From an uncultured cyanobacterium (GTDB lineage: Bacteria; Cyanobacteriota; Cyanobacteriia; Cyanobacteriales; CAWUOF01): a stretch of 64,000 nt of DNA. Location of the stretch: NCBI GenBank assembly GCA_963744145.1, contig CAVUSO010000001.1:768001-832000 (forward strand), read 5' to 3'. The position numbers were made by a program, and so were the translations under genes. The notes beneath the pieces were generated by a model. It saw nothing but the letters and a program-made list of their open reading frames with translations. It was not told the DNA's origin and did no database searches. This document shows, piece by piece, positions 45,084 through 54,981 of this stretch (the first letter of the stretch is position 1; the number at the start of each line of letters is the position of its first letter).

Positions 45084-45510
45084 ACCTCGATCCAAGACGA
45101 GGTTACAAAAAAGAAACCGAATTTCCTCGCAACAGTTGGAAAGGATTATATTGTTGACACTTTCTTGGTCAAATTGGGGCAAGTTCAGTTAATTGTAGGG
45201 GCGAAGCATGTTTAGCGACAATTGAACAATCAAAGCAGTAATATTATATCCGAATGCTGATGCCGTAGGCATCGCTACGCGAACGCCCTTCTTCGCCGAG
45301 ATCTCCCAAAAAAAGATGGTAACTGAACCGTATTGATTTATGGTCAAGCTCTATCTTGGGAATTAAATAAGTCTAAATCAAATCGGCTCATCCCCAAAAT
45401 AGAAGATCCTCTTATGCGATCGCATTCCTCTACAAACGCACCCTGAAATAAGAAATATCTCTCTCGACCATTACCGACTAAATATACTTGGTCTTTTTAC
45501 TCAATTATAT
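45077..45510 (+). pseudogene. Second degraded copy of 36590..37093 interrupted by a MITE
   Basis: 45077-45185 matches 36631-36739; 45342-45505 matches 36988-37153. Confidence 0.85.
45183..45335. mobile_element. REP-containing MITE with one small insert
   Basis: GTTCAGTTAATTGTAGGGGCGAAGCAT...TAACTGAACCGTATTG. Confidence 0.85.
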
Positions 45511-45512
45511 TT

Positions 45513-45692
45513 CAATACGGTTCAGTTAAGAATATTTTGGGAGATATCGGCGAAGAAGGGCGTTCGCGTAGCGATGCCTACGGCATCAGCATTCGGATAT
45601 AATATTAACAGGCTTGAGCAATAAATGATCGCCCGAATGCTCTGCCTACGGCACGCTACGCGAACGCCCCTACAGTTAACTGAATTGTATTG
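45513..45692. mobile_element. REP-containing MITE with two small inserts
   Basis: TIRs CAATACGGTTCAGTTAA and TTAACTGAATTGTATTG; flanks AATTATATTT and AATTATATCT (9/10 TSD). Confidence 0.85.
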
Positions 45693-45700
45693 AATTATAT

Positions 45701-48154
45701 CTATTTTATTTCATCAGGAATAGCCCACTCTTGTTCAATTCTCTCTAACTCTTTAGCCGCTCCCAATTGCTGAAAGATTTGGTGGGCTGTATCGTAATGT
45801 TGTTGAGCAAGTTCAGGATTACCGCGCCGTCGTTCAAGTTGAGCTAGATCGTAGTTAGCTTCAGCAATATGCCAAGTCATTCCCAATTCTTGCACTTTTA
45901 CCAAAGCTTCTTTTAATAATTTTTCGGCTTTATCTAAATTGCCTTTACGGAGTTCATTTTCTCCTAAACAACCTATTGATATAGCGATACCTTGCCAATC
46001 GCCCAATTCTGTCCTAAGTTCTAAAGATTGGCGATAGAGGCGTTCGGCGGCATCCCAGTTCCCTCGCTTAAGCTCGATATCTCCCAACATATCCCAAGAT
46101 GTTGCCATCCCACTTTTATTTTCCTTTTCTTGTTCAATGGCTAAGGCATCTTGAAAATATTTCTCTGCTAAATCCCAATTTCCCGCATCTCTATAGACTC
46201 TACCGATTTGCCTTAAGCAAATGGGACGGTCATCGTCATCAACTTTGGGTAAAATCTGCTCATATAAGTCTTTTAATAAATTCCAATGCCCCCAAGGACG
46301 AAGATATTCTTCTAACTTCCCCATCACTAAGCTAGAAGCCTCGCTGTAATTTCCTAACTGAAAAGCAAAATATTGTGCTTCTAAAATTGGTTGCAAATCT
46401 GCTAAATTCTGAGGATTTTCGACATTCTTACCCGAACTATAAAACTTATAAATGCTTTCCATCAATTTGGGTAATTCTGCTTGATATTCCTTTTGCAAAA
46501 ACTCCACAATGACACGATGCAGGTCATAAAAATCTTCTCCCTGTTGTTCATCGTAACGACTTTGCACCAAACTGCTATCTAGCAAGCCCTTTAAAATTAA
46601 TTGTGTTTCCCTAATTTCTATTTCTGTAAATTCAGCAGGTTCTTCTAATATTCCTGCCATTTCAAATCTGTCATCTTTTTCCCAATCATCGGTGTACAAT
46701 CGCAAGAAAGTTAAACCTCGAATATCTATCCCTACCCGCAAAACACACATCCGTCGCAGTAAATCTCTTGCTGCTTCGCTTTGTCGCGATAGTTGTTCTC
46801 GCAAGATTGGTTCTATCTTGCGCGTTACTAATTCTGGATGTTTGCGAAGATATCCCGGTTTATCTTTCCCCAAACTAATTAATTGGTCGCATTCTGGCGC
46901 TTGAGCTTGACCTGCTTGAGGATGACTAGCTGGATGCAAAATATCTTCTAGGTTATCCAAAAAAAATATGCAGCGATGTTTGCGTAAACCAGTCAAAATC
47001 AGGTTAATTTTTTGGGTGGCATCTTTAATAGTTTCGTTAACTTCTATTTGCAACCAGCGCAACAGCAATCCCGCTACTTCATCAAAACTGCTACCTGTTT
47101 GTGCTTTAAAACACAGGGCACAATGATAAGGACTATCTGCGGTTAAGGTTTCTGTGGTGAATTTTGCACCTAATGCTTCTAGTAGTTTAGTCCCTAGACT
47201 AGATTTGCCAATACCCCCTTGTCCTACCAATACCAGCATTTTCAGGGTTGAATCTGGTGTCAGTAATTGATCTTTGAGTTGTTGTAACAGTTCATCACGC
47301 CCCACCCATACGGGAACTGGACGAATTGCTTCTATCCCAAATAGTCTTTTTTCTTTAGCTTGACTAGGAGTAACTGCGATCGCGGTTTGCTGTTCAACCG
47401 CACCTAAAGTTGGCCAAAAATTAATCGGTTCTCCTGCGGTATTAGTGCGAAATCGCTGCCGAAACGTACTCAGTTTAGGATCATTTCGCAGTTCGTCATT
47501 AATAAAAGCATCTAAATTTTTACTATTAATCCATTTTCCCGGCGGATTTTGCTCAACACTCAATCCCCGTAACAGTAGAGATGTCAGTAAACCATGACCT
47601 TCCACTCCTATTGCTTCCTCGAACTTGCGACAAGCTGCAATAAAGGAACGATTCACATTTTCTCGACCCCGATTTTGGGGATTTGCCTGATCAAACGTGA
47701 GATTAGTAAATTCTCCACTATGGCAACAGTCTAACCAAACTATCTGATTGCGGACTGGACTATCAATTAATTCCTCAAATAGCCAGTCAAAGGGAATACC
47801 CCATTTTTCTCTACTCGGATCGACATCACTAGGGGCTAAATATCCCTTAAATTTATTTCTTGGTAAGGGTTGTTGTAACCCATGTCCCGCAAAAAACAAC
47901 AATGCTGTCTCTGGACAATCATCACCAGGATTAAATAGCTGAGAGATTTCCTCTCGGAGACTTTTCCCTTTCACCGTCCCCTTTTCTTCAACCTGATTAG
48001 CCCCATTCTGGTAGATTTCAGGTAGCAATGTCACCTCAAAATTACCGTGCTTTCTCAGGAGACGGGCAATTTCCTCTGCATCCCTTGCAGCATATTGCAA
48101 ATTTTGGAAATAAGGATATCGATTGATCCCCACTACTAACCCTGACCTGATCAT
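45701..48154 (-). CDS. Caspase-family peptidase + P-loop NTPase (NB-ARC-like) + TPR protein
   Basis: 'FFAGHG' and 'LDCCHSG' dyad; 'VGRDEL', 'GQGGIGKS', 'FLDNLE'; C-terminal TPRs. Confidence 0.88.
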   Translation of the reverse strand: MIRSGLVVGINRYPYFQNLQYAARDAEEIARLLRKHGNFEVTLLPEIYQNGANQVEEKGTVKGKSLREEISQLFNPGDDCPETALLFFAGHGLQQPLPRNKFKGYLAPSDVDPSREKWGIPFDWLFEELIDSPVRNQIVWLDCCHSGEFTNLTFDQANPQNRGRENVNRSFIAACRKFEEAIGVEGHGLLTSLLLRGLSVEQNPPGKWINSKNLDAFINDELRNDPKLSTFRQRFRTNTAGEPINFWPTLGAVEQQTAIAVTPSQAKEKRLFGIEAIRPVPVWVGRDELLQQLKDQLLTPDSTLKMLVLVGQGGIGKSSLGTKLLEALGAKFTTETLTADSPYHCALCFKAQTGSSFDEVAGLLLRWLQIEVNETIKDATQKINLILTGLRKHRCIFFLDNLEDILHPASHPQAGQAQAPECDQLISLGKDKPGYLRKHPELVTRKIEPILREQLSRQSEAARDLLRRMCVLRVGIDIRGLTFLRLYTDDWEKDDRFEMAGILEEPAEFTEIEIRETQLILKGLLDSSLVQSRYDEQQGEDFYDLHRVIVEFLQKEYQAELPKLMESIYKFYSSGKNVENPQNLADLQPILEAQYFAFQLGNYSEASSLVMGKLEEYLRPWGHWNLLKDLYEQILPKVDDDDRPICLRQIGRVYRDAGNWDLAEKYFQDALAIEQEKENKSGMATSWDMLGDIELKRGNWDAAERLYRQSLELRTELGDWQGIAISIGCLGENELRKGNLDKAEKLLKEALVKVQELGMTWHIAEANYDLAQLERRRGNPELAQQHYDTAHQIFQQLGAAKELERIEQEWAIPDEIK

Positions 48155-48371
48155 TGGTAATTAATGATTTGGATTGGAAAAGGCTTGCTGAATGTTCTAT
48201 CTTCATTTAACTGAGGTAAGGCAGGATCTTAAGCAAATCTTCAAGGATTGTTACTTGGTAAAAAATCATGGGTTGGGATTGCTTCACTTTGTCCCGCTAC
48301 ATTTGACAGCATCGATTTGGTACTGGTGGGATGGTTTTGGCGATCGCCGCTATGGTTTGAGTACATTATTA

Positions 48372-48627
48372 CGATTCAGTTAACTGTAGGGGCAAAGCAT
48401 TTCGGCGAATAAATTATAGCCCAAACGAAGAATAATGTGACCGAAATGCTTTGCCCTCACCATCTATGCAACCAACAGATCAACTATATATAATAAAATC
48501 CAATTTAGATATCTCGGCGCAGAAATGGGTGAAGCATTCGGATCTAATCAGGGAGCACTCAGGGTAAAATTTAAGTTATAAATTATCGCCCGAATGCTTC
48601 ACCCCTACGATTAACTGAACTGGATGG
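48372..48627. mobile_element. Composite REP-containing MITE
   Basis: Two REP doublets; inverted relative to 33166-33410. Confidence 0.8.
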
Positions 48628-48639
48628 AAATATAAATGA

Positions 48640-48861
48640 TTAAGTTAAATATAGACATTGAAATAAACTATTCACTGAAACTTGCCAATCACCTAATACA
48701 TCTAAACCTGTTAAAATTTCATCACCTGATTTAACAATCGGGGCGCGATCGCGTTCAAAAACTATCACAGATTCATCATCAGGATTCATAAACCAACCTA
48801 ATTTTGTCCCATGATTTAAACAAAAAGTAATTTTCTTAATTACCCGACTAGCAGATTGTTC
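48640..48861 (-). pseudogene. 3' fragment of a Uma2 gene
   Basis: Matches 44310-44531. Confidence 0.88.
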
Positions 48862-49277
48862 TTAGTTAATGGCGATCGCGATCTGATCAAGCGATTAATT
48901 ACTCAAATTCAAAAAAAAACAACCTGGTAAAACGATTGATTGGTACTAGCGAGAAAATCATTTGGGATTTAGAACGCGATCGAAGCTAATCGCCCATTAA
49001 AGGTAAACTTTACTGCTCATTTGCTAAAAGGTTGTCTCCACTTCTCCCACATCTGGCGATTAAAGGGCGATCGCTTTCCATCTGTCTCAACTATGATCGC
49101 ACCTCACCGAATATGGACAATTGGGGAATTTGGGGTAGCGATCAATTAAATTGCCTCAACCCAGGAAAAAGGCCAAGGAAATATTGGCGGTTGATATTGC
49201 CAGCAATTTAGATTAATATGATCAGAGAAAAGCTCGGGAAAACCTCAATCCTGATTAAGGATTAACGAAAAATCAGC

Positions 49278-50594
49278 ATGACTAACGAGTTAAATTCTAA
49301 TTCTTCCCAGCCTTCTAATTCTTCTCTACCAGAAAATCAGTCCGCTGCCGCAAAAATAATTACACCCGATGCTAACACTCTAAATGCGACGGTGAACTCA
49401 ACAGCATCAGCAACTCTGGTAACAGTTAAACCCTCATCCCAGGATCAGTTTCGGCACCAAAAAGAGCAAATTAGTCAGGCTAATCCCGATCTGGTAATTG
49501 GGGGTGCGATCGCTGTGATGTTAATTGGGTTAGCCATTAATAATTCATGGTTAGGAATTGGTGCTGCGCTGATCACCTTGTTAATTACTGGAGTCAGAAT
49601 TTGGCCCGTTCTGGCGAGAATTTGCGCTCAATTATTACCACCAAAAAAGCGATCGCAAATATTAGTTGCGGTCGGAATCTTCATCGCGTTTCTCAGTTTA
49701 TTAAAATTTCTAGGTGTGTCTGAATATTTCCAGAACTGGAGTCAAAAGATTTCTTGGGAAGCATTTGGGACGATCGCTGAATGGTTTGGAGCCTTAGGGC
49801 AAATCTTTATTGCTATCTTAGCTGTTTATATCGCTTGGCAACAATATGTAATTTCTCGCGATCTGACCCTAGAACAAAATCGTCTGACTACCCAACAAAA
49901 TATCCTGACCCAACAACAAACCATCGATGCTTATTTTCAAGGAATTTCCGAATTAGCTTTAGATGATGAAGGATTATTAGAAGATTGGCCCCAGGAAAGA
50001 GCCTTTTGTGAAGGACGTACTGCGGCGATTTTAAGTAGTGTTGATGCTTCTGGTAAAGCCAAAGTGTTACGTTTTTTGTCTCAGTCGCGCTTACTGACAC
50101 CTTTAAAACGCGATCGCCACTTAGGTCGTCCGATTTTAAATGGGGATGGAGGTTATGAAGAAGATTGTATTGACGGTGTTCGCGTGATCGATCTAGGCAT
50201 TATGTTAGCTGGTGCTAATCTCGCTGGGACTGATTTACGCTGGACAGAACTCAGAGAAGCAAATATGATCAAAGCCAATTTAACTGCCTGTGATCTAGTA
50301 AAAGCCAATCTCGCCCGCACCATATTATATGAAGCCAAACTCATCGGTGCAGATCTCAAAGGAGCGAAATTATTTTATGGTAAAGCTGAAGCCGCCAGTC
50401 CCCGCAGTCGGACTCAATTTCCGGACTATCAAACTGGGCTATATACAGGTGCCGTAATCGAAAATGCCGACTTCACCAACGTCCAAAGACTTGATGATGA
50501 ACAGCGCTATTATTGCTGTGCTTGGTGTGGAGAAAAAGCCAGAGCCAATATCCCTGGAGGTTGTGAGGGTATTCCTAACAAACTAGGACGCTGA
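49278..50594 (+). CDS. Membrane-anchored pentapeptide repeat protein
   Basis: TM helices followed by 'LAGANLAGTDLRWTELREAN' repeats. Confidence 0.9.
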   Translation: MTNELNSNSSQPSNSSLPENQSAAAKIITPDANTLNATVNSTASATLVTVKPSSQDQFRHQKEQISQANPDLVIGGAIAVMLIGLAINNSWLGIGAALITLLITGVRIWPVLARICAQLLPPKKRSQILVAVGIFIAFLSLLKFLGVSEYFQNWSQKISWEAFGTIAEWFGALGQIFIAILAVYIAWQQYVISRDLTLEQNRLTTQQNILTQQQTIDAYFQGISELALDDEGLLEDWPQERAFCEGRTAAILSSVDASGKAKVLRFLSQSRLLTPLKRDRHLGRPILNGDGGYEEDCIDGVRVIDLGIMLAGANLAGTDLRWTELREANMIKANLTACDLVKANLARTILYEAKLIGADLKGAKLFYGKAEAASPRSRTQFPDYQTGLYTGAVIENADFTNVQRLDDEQRYYCCAWCGEKARANIPGGCEGIPNKLGR

Positions 50595-50601
50595 TATCTA
50601 T

Positions 50602-50636
50602 CCCTTCGACTCCGCTCAGGGAACACTCAGGGCAAG
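50602..50636 (+). repeat. 24-nt element plus an orphan right half
   Basis: CCCTTCGACTCCGCTCAGGGAACA followed by CTCAGGGCAAG. Confidence 0.85.
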
Positions 50637-50638
50637 CC

Positions 50639-51184
50639 TTAAGATTGTTCTAACAGATTTAGTCGCTCCCACCACCGATTGAGGGGAAAATAAACAACCG
50701 GAGCCCACAAACTACTCAGAATCGCTGAAGCTAGAGCGATCCGCTGATAATAAGTCCAAATTTCAGCTATAGTGCGATCGCCCTGGAGTGCAAACTGACA
50801 AGCTCGTACCGTTTCCGATAATAGCGACATCCCAAATACAATTAAAGCCGCAGAGATAAAATCTTCTTGAATATAACGCTGCTTCTGTAAACGAGCTGTC
50901 AGATATCCCACTAATCCCAGACTAATCGCATGAGTAGGATGGGGAGAAGTCATGGCATCTTGCAGAAACCCTAAAGTTAATCCAGCAATCATTCCTTGTC
51001 TAGATGTGCGCTTCACACTCCAAGCTACCACCCAAATTAATAACCAATTAGGACTTATTCCTAATAATTCCATCCCAGGAAAACGAGTGGGCAAGATTAA
51101 TAAACAGATAATCACAGAAACAATCGTGACAATCGCGTTGAGAATATGCCGAGTCCAAGGATTCCAACGAGACAAATTGTTCAC
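50639..51184 (-). CDS. mreD: Rod shape-determining protein MreD
   Basis: Hydrophobic, 'PNWLLIWVVAWS'; follows mreC. Confidence 0.92.
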   Translation of the reverse strand: MNNLSRWNPWTRHILNAIVTIVSVIICLLILPTRFPGMELLGISPNWLLIWVVAWSVKRTSRQGMIAGLTLGFLQDAMTSPHPTHAISLGLVGYLTARLQKQRYIQEDFISAALIVFGMSLLSETVRACQFALQGDRTIAEIWTYYQRIALASAILSSLWAPVVYFPLNRWWERLNLLEQS

Positions 51185-52014
51185 TGACTTGGTTCTCCTT
51201 CCTCATGTTCAGGAGTTGGTAAAAAAGGATTGGTTTTTGGAGGTGACTGGGGTGGAAAGAAGTTTTTTTCCGAGATCGGCTTAGTCGGAGTGACAATTAC
51301 CCATTCAAGATTATTAATTGGTGCCGAAAGTTCAATGATTGCTTCAGGAGCAGGACTTTTATTCAGATTTACCGACTCTATATGTCCTACTGGTAAACCT
51401 GGGGGAAACAACTGACTAAAACTTGAGGTAGAAACCACATCACCACGACGTACATCTGGGTCTTTATCAAAAAACTCCATTACGGCAAGATTTTCTGCTT
51501 GTCCGCGCATAAAACCCATATAACGACTTCGGCTAATCGTTACTCCCACTCGACTCGTCGGATCACTAATTAGTAATACCTTACTGGTATTTTCAGTCAC
51601 GGCCACAATTCGCCCGACTAAACCACCAACACCACTCACCACAAAACCGACTTGAATGCCATCTTTAGTCCCGCGTCCAATAATAATCTGTTGCCACCAA
51701 TGGTCTGAACTACGTCCTACAATCGGCGCGACAATTTCGTCTTTTTTATTGGTAGAAATATAACCAGTTAACTCTTTGAGCTTTTGATTTTGGTTTTCTA
51801 GTTCTACTAAACGCTCTTGCAGTTCTTTCATCCGAGCATTCACCATCCACTCTTGCTGAGGTGGATCAAAATCAAACGGACGGATCACCGATTTATAAAT
51901 TTCAAACAGAGCAGCTCCTTGAGTCTGCCGAACTAACCAAGCGGCACCGAGAGCTAGACCTCCCAGAATGATTTGTAATCCATGCCGATCCCACCAATGA
52001 CGCAGTGTATACAT
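51181..52014 (-). CDS. mreC: Rod shape-determining protein MreC
   Basis: Coiled coil, 'GGLVGRI', 'GDVVSTS..FPPGLPVG'. Confidence 0.95.
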   Translation of the reverse strand: MYTLRHWWDRHGLQIILGGLALGAAWLVRQTQGAALFEIYKSVIRPFDFDPPQQEWMVNARMKELQERLVELENQNQKLKELTGYISTNKKDEIVAPIVGRSSDHWWQQIIIGRGTKDGIQVGFVVSGVGGLVGRIVAVTENTSKVLLISDPTSRVGVTISRSRYMGFMRGQAENLAVMEFFDKDPDVRRGDVVSTSSFSQLFPPGLPVGHIESVNLNKSPAPEAIIELSAPINNLEWVIVTPTKPISEKNFFPPQSPPKTNPFLPTPEHEEGEPSQ

Positions 52015-52238
52015 TCCACCTAAAAAGTCTTTAATTTATTTGGGCTATTTTTGGGCATATTTTCCATGTTTCTCGCACCCTGTTTTCATTCATTCCCTGG
52101 CGAGGTTTAAATATCTAAATCAGCAAAGATTTTATCTAGCCCCAGCCTGTTCTAATTTCACTAACTTGCACCCTAAGATTTACAACAGCTCTGATCTTTC
52201 ACTTATCGGCTCAAATTAGCCGATCGACAGTTTTAATT

Positions 52239-53282
52239 TTACATATGACGTGAGCGTCCACTAAAGACCCGCTCTAACTGTTTGAAGTTTTCCAATACGC
52301 GGCCCGTACCTAACACCACACAACTGAGCGGATCGGCGGCTACATGAGTAATAATACCCGTTTCATGACTGATCAATGTATCTAATCCTTTCAACAAAGC
52401 CCCACCACCAGCTAACATGATGCCGCGATCGATAATATCTGCGGCCAGTTCTGGGGGAGTTCTTTCCAGAGTGCGTTTTACCGCTTCTATAATCACCGCT
52501 AAAGGCTCTGCCATACTTTCTCGAATTTCTGGTCCTTTGATCGTCACCGTTCTTGGCAATCCAGACAGCAGGTGCAATCCCCGCACTTCCATCAGGGCAT
52601 CATCATCATCGTGAGTGGGATAAGCCGAGCCAATTTGGATCTTGATTTCTTCTGAAGTCCGTTCCCCAATGACTAAATTATGGACTTTTTTCATGTATTG
52701 GGTGATGGCTTCGCTTAGTTCATCTCCAGCGATGCGGACTGATTCGCTAATCACTGTACCTTGTAGACTCAACACCGCCACTTCGGTCGTGCCACCACCT
52801 ATATCAATAATCATGTTTCCCGTCGGTTCAGCCACGGGTAAACCAGCACCGATCGCTGCTGCTACTGGTTCATCAATCAGGTAGACATCCCGCGCACCTG
52901 CTTGGGAAGCGGCTTCCATGACTGCTCTTCGCTCTACACCAGTTACACCAGAAGGAATCCCAATCACCACCCGGGGTGAAACTAAAGTTCTCCCGTCATG
53001 GACTCGTCTAATAAAATGCTTGAGCATCAATTCGGCAGTATCGAAATCCGCAATTACACCATCACGTAGAGGGCGTAGAGCAATTACGTTTCCCGGAGTG
53101 CGCCCCAGCATCTTTTTGGCGTCTTCCCCAACAGCTAAGGGGACTTTTTCGTCTTTGTCAATAGCAACAACTGAAGGTTCTTGAAGAACAATGCCTTTAC
53201 CAGATACATACACCAGCGTGTTAGCGGTACCAAGATCGATACCCATGTCCCGGGATAATGAAAAGCGACTGAAAAGACCCAC
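52239..53282 (-). CDS. mreB: Rod shape-determining protein MreB
   Basis: 'GIDLGTANT', 'DIGGGTTEVAV'. Confidence 0.98.
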   Translation of the reverse strand: MGLFSRFSLSRDMGIDLGTANTLVYVSGKGIVLQEPSVVAIDKDEKVPLAVGEDAKKMLGRTPGNVIALRPLRDGVIADFDTAELMLKHFIRRVHDGRTLVSPRVVIGIPSGVTGVERRAVMEAASQAGARDVYLIDEPVAAAIGAGLPVAEPTGNMIIDIGGGTTEVAVLSLQGTVISESVRIAGDELSEAITQYMKKVHNLVIGERTSEEIKIQIGSAYPTHDDDDALMEVRGLHLLSGLPRTVTIKGPEIRESMAEPLAVIIEAVKRTLERTPPELAADIIDRGIMLAGGGALLKGLDTLISHETGIITHVAADPLSCVVLGTGRVLENFKQLERVFSGRSRHM

Positions 53283-53493
53283 TCGTTTCTACGCTCCCAA
53301 ATAAAAGATTATGCGAGTTATAATGTAACGTATTTGTAACCGAGGTGGATTCTATTATGTTTTTTCTCTAGAGTCTAGTCAGGTAGAATAAGTTCTTCTC
53401 ACCTGCCGATCAGAGTGATCATCCACTTATTGAGTCCGAGTTGAGCAAAACCTAATCCGGATTAACTGTTACCAGCAATCCTGGCTATTTGGT

Positions 53494-53721
53494 TTAGAGG
53501 GGAGTTTTTTGTAATTCTGGGCGTTCTTCAGGTAAAATCGCCCCTTCGATCGGGCAGACCTGAAGGCAAATTCCGCAGTCAATACAGGTAGCAAAATCAA
53601 TCCAGTACCATGAGTTACCTGTGACATTTGTGCCCGGACCTGGATGAATACAAGCTACTGGACAAGCGTCAACGCAGTCGGCAATTCCTTCACAGGTATT
53701 GGTAACGATTGTATGTGGCAA
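53494..53721 (-). CDS. 2[4Fe-4S]-type ferredoxin
   Basis: 'CEGIADCVDACP', 'CIDCGICLQVCP'; TTG start after AGGAG. Confidence 0.9.
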   Translation of the reverse strand: MPHTIVTNTCEGIADCVDACPVACIHPGPGTNVTGNSWYWIDFATCIDCGICLQVCPIEGAILPEERPELQKTPL

Positions 53722-53748
53722 TGTGTTCTCCTTACCTACCAATAGTTT

Positions 53749-54981
53749 TTATTCATTAGCTAAGGTTTCAATTTCTGGTATTCCTTCAGATTTTACCCAG
53801 GCAATTTGACTAATTCGCCGCTCTTGAGCATACTCACGTACTAAGTCAGGTGTTTTTCTATCACCTAAGTCTATCTCAACCCGAACTAAATGAGGAGATG
53901 ATGCCCTCAATTTTTGAGCATAGATAAATGCGGCGCTGTAAGCTTGGGGATTAACTGCTGCGACTAACCAGTCACTTGTAGGGGTTTGATGAGGAATTTC
54001 TCCGTTGGTGAGGAGGAATTGGTGTAGTTCTTCGATATTGAGTGCAAAGCCAATCCCGGAGATTTGTTTATGTTTGGGATGGTACAACTCTAATAAATGA
54101 TCGTAACGTCCCCCCTGTCCAAAAATCCGCAATCCTGAATGGGTATGACTCACTACTTCAAAGACAATACCTGTATAGTAATCAAAGGTTTGTAACAAAC
54201 TCAGGTCTAGCACCATGGGCAATTGGGTTGGGGGGTAACACTCTTGCAGTAAATCAGTGAGGGATTTCAGATTATTAACGATTTCCTGCTGCTGGGGTGC
54301 TAATTCTAAATTGCTAATTCGCTGCAAGACCTCTTGCGGTTTTCCCCTTAATCCCAAGATAAATAATGCTAGCTGACGTAGTTCTGGAGACAGGGGTAAA
54401 GTTTCTAGCGTCACTTGATCAAGATTGGCGATCGCTAGACGTACTTGGTCTCGTAAATCTGGTGGAAAGGGTGACAGGAGCGATCGGGTCAGTCCCGCTT
54501 CTCCTAAAATCAAGTGCCACCCTGAACATCCCAAACTTTGCAAACAATCTGACAGCAAAAGTAAGATTTCACTATCAGCTAAGATCCCGTCAGCACCCAA
54601 TAATTCTACTCCTGTCTGGTAAAACTCATGCTGAGTGCCATCGGCACTTGACCGGGAGCGACGAAAGATATTGGCATGATAATACAACCTTTGGGGATAG
54701 GTATCTTCTGCCATTCGGGTAACTGCGGTTCTCGCGATCGATGCAGTTAGTTCTGGACGCAACCCTAAAATTTCATCTTCAGCATCTTGAAATTGAATCA
54801 CGTTAGCACGCTGAATTGCGCCACCAGCCATTAAAGTATCTAACCGCTCTAAAGTTGAGGTCATAATGCGATGATAACCCCAACGATGAAATACTTGCTG
54901 TAAGCGCTTTTCGATCCAACTTTGTTGGGCTACATCCAGCGGGAGCAAATCTCTAGCCCCAGTTGGTGGTTGATGAACCAT
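53749..54981 (-). CDS. hisZ: ATP phosphoribosyltransferase regulatory subunit
   Basis: 'PTGARDLLP', 'LRPELTASIAR', 'DYYTGIVF', 'GGRYD'. Confidence 0.93.
   Translation of the reverse strand: MVHQPPTGARDLLPLDVAQQSWIEKRLQQVFHRWGYHRIMTSTLERLDTLMAGGAIQRANVIQFQDAEDEILGLRPELTASIARTAVTRMAEDTYPQRLYYHANIFRRSRSSADGTQHEFYQTGVELLGADGILADSEILLLLSDCLQSLGCSGWHLILGEAGLTRSLLSPFPPDLRDQVRLAIANLDQVTLETLPLSPELRQLALFILGLRGKPQEVLQRISNLELAPQQQEIVNNLKSLTDLLQECYPPTQLPMVLDLSLLQTFDYYTGIVFEVVSHTHSGLRIFGQGGRYDHLLELYHPKHKQISGIGFALNIEELHQFLLTNGEIPHQTPTSDWLVAAVNPQAYSAAFIYAQKLRASSPHLVRVEIDLGDRKTPDLVREYAQERRISQIAWVKSEGIPEIETLANE

Noticed and set aside
43832..48627. Repeats considered as a CRISPR array for the orphan cas6
   Set aside because: They are inverted, irregularly spaced and TIR-bounded, with no direct repeat-spacer periodicity.
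48862..48990. Fragment 'LVNGDRDLIKRLI...PGKTIDWY*EKIIWDLERDR'
   Set aside because: Probably a decayed hypothetical-gene tail, too short to assign.
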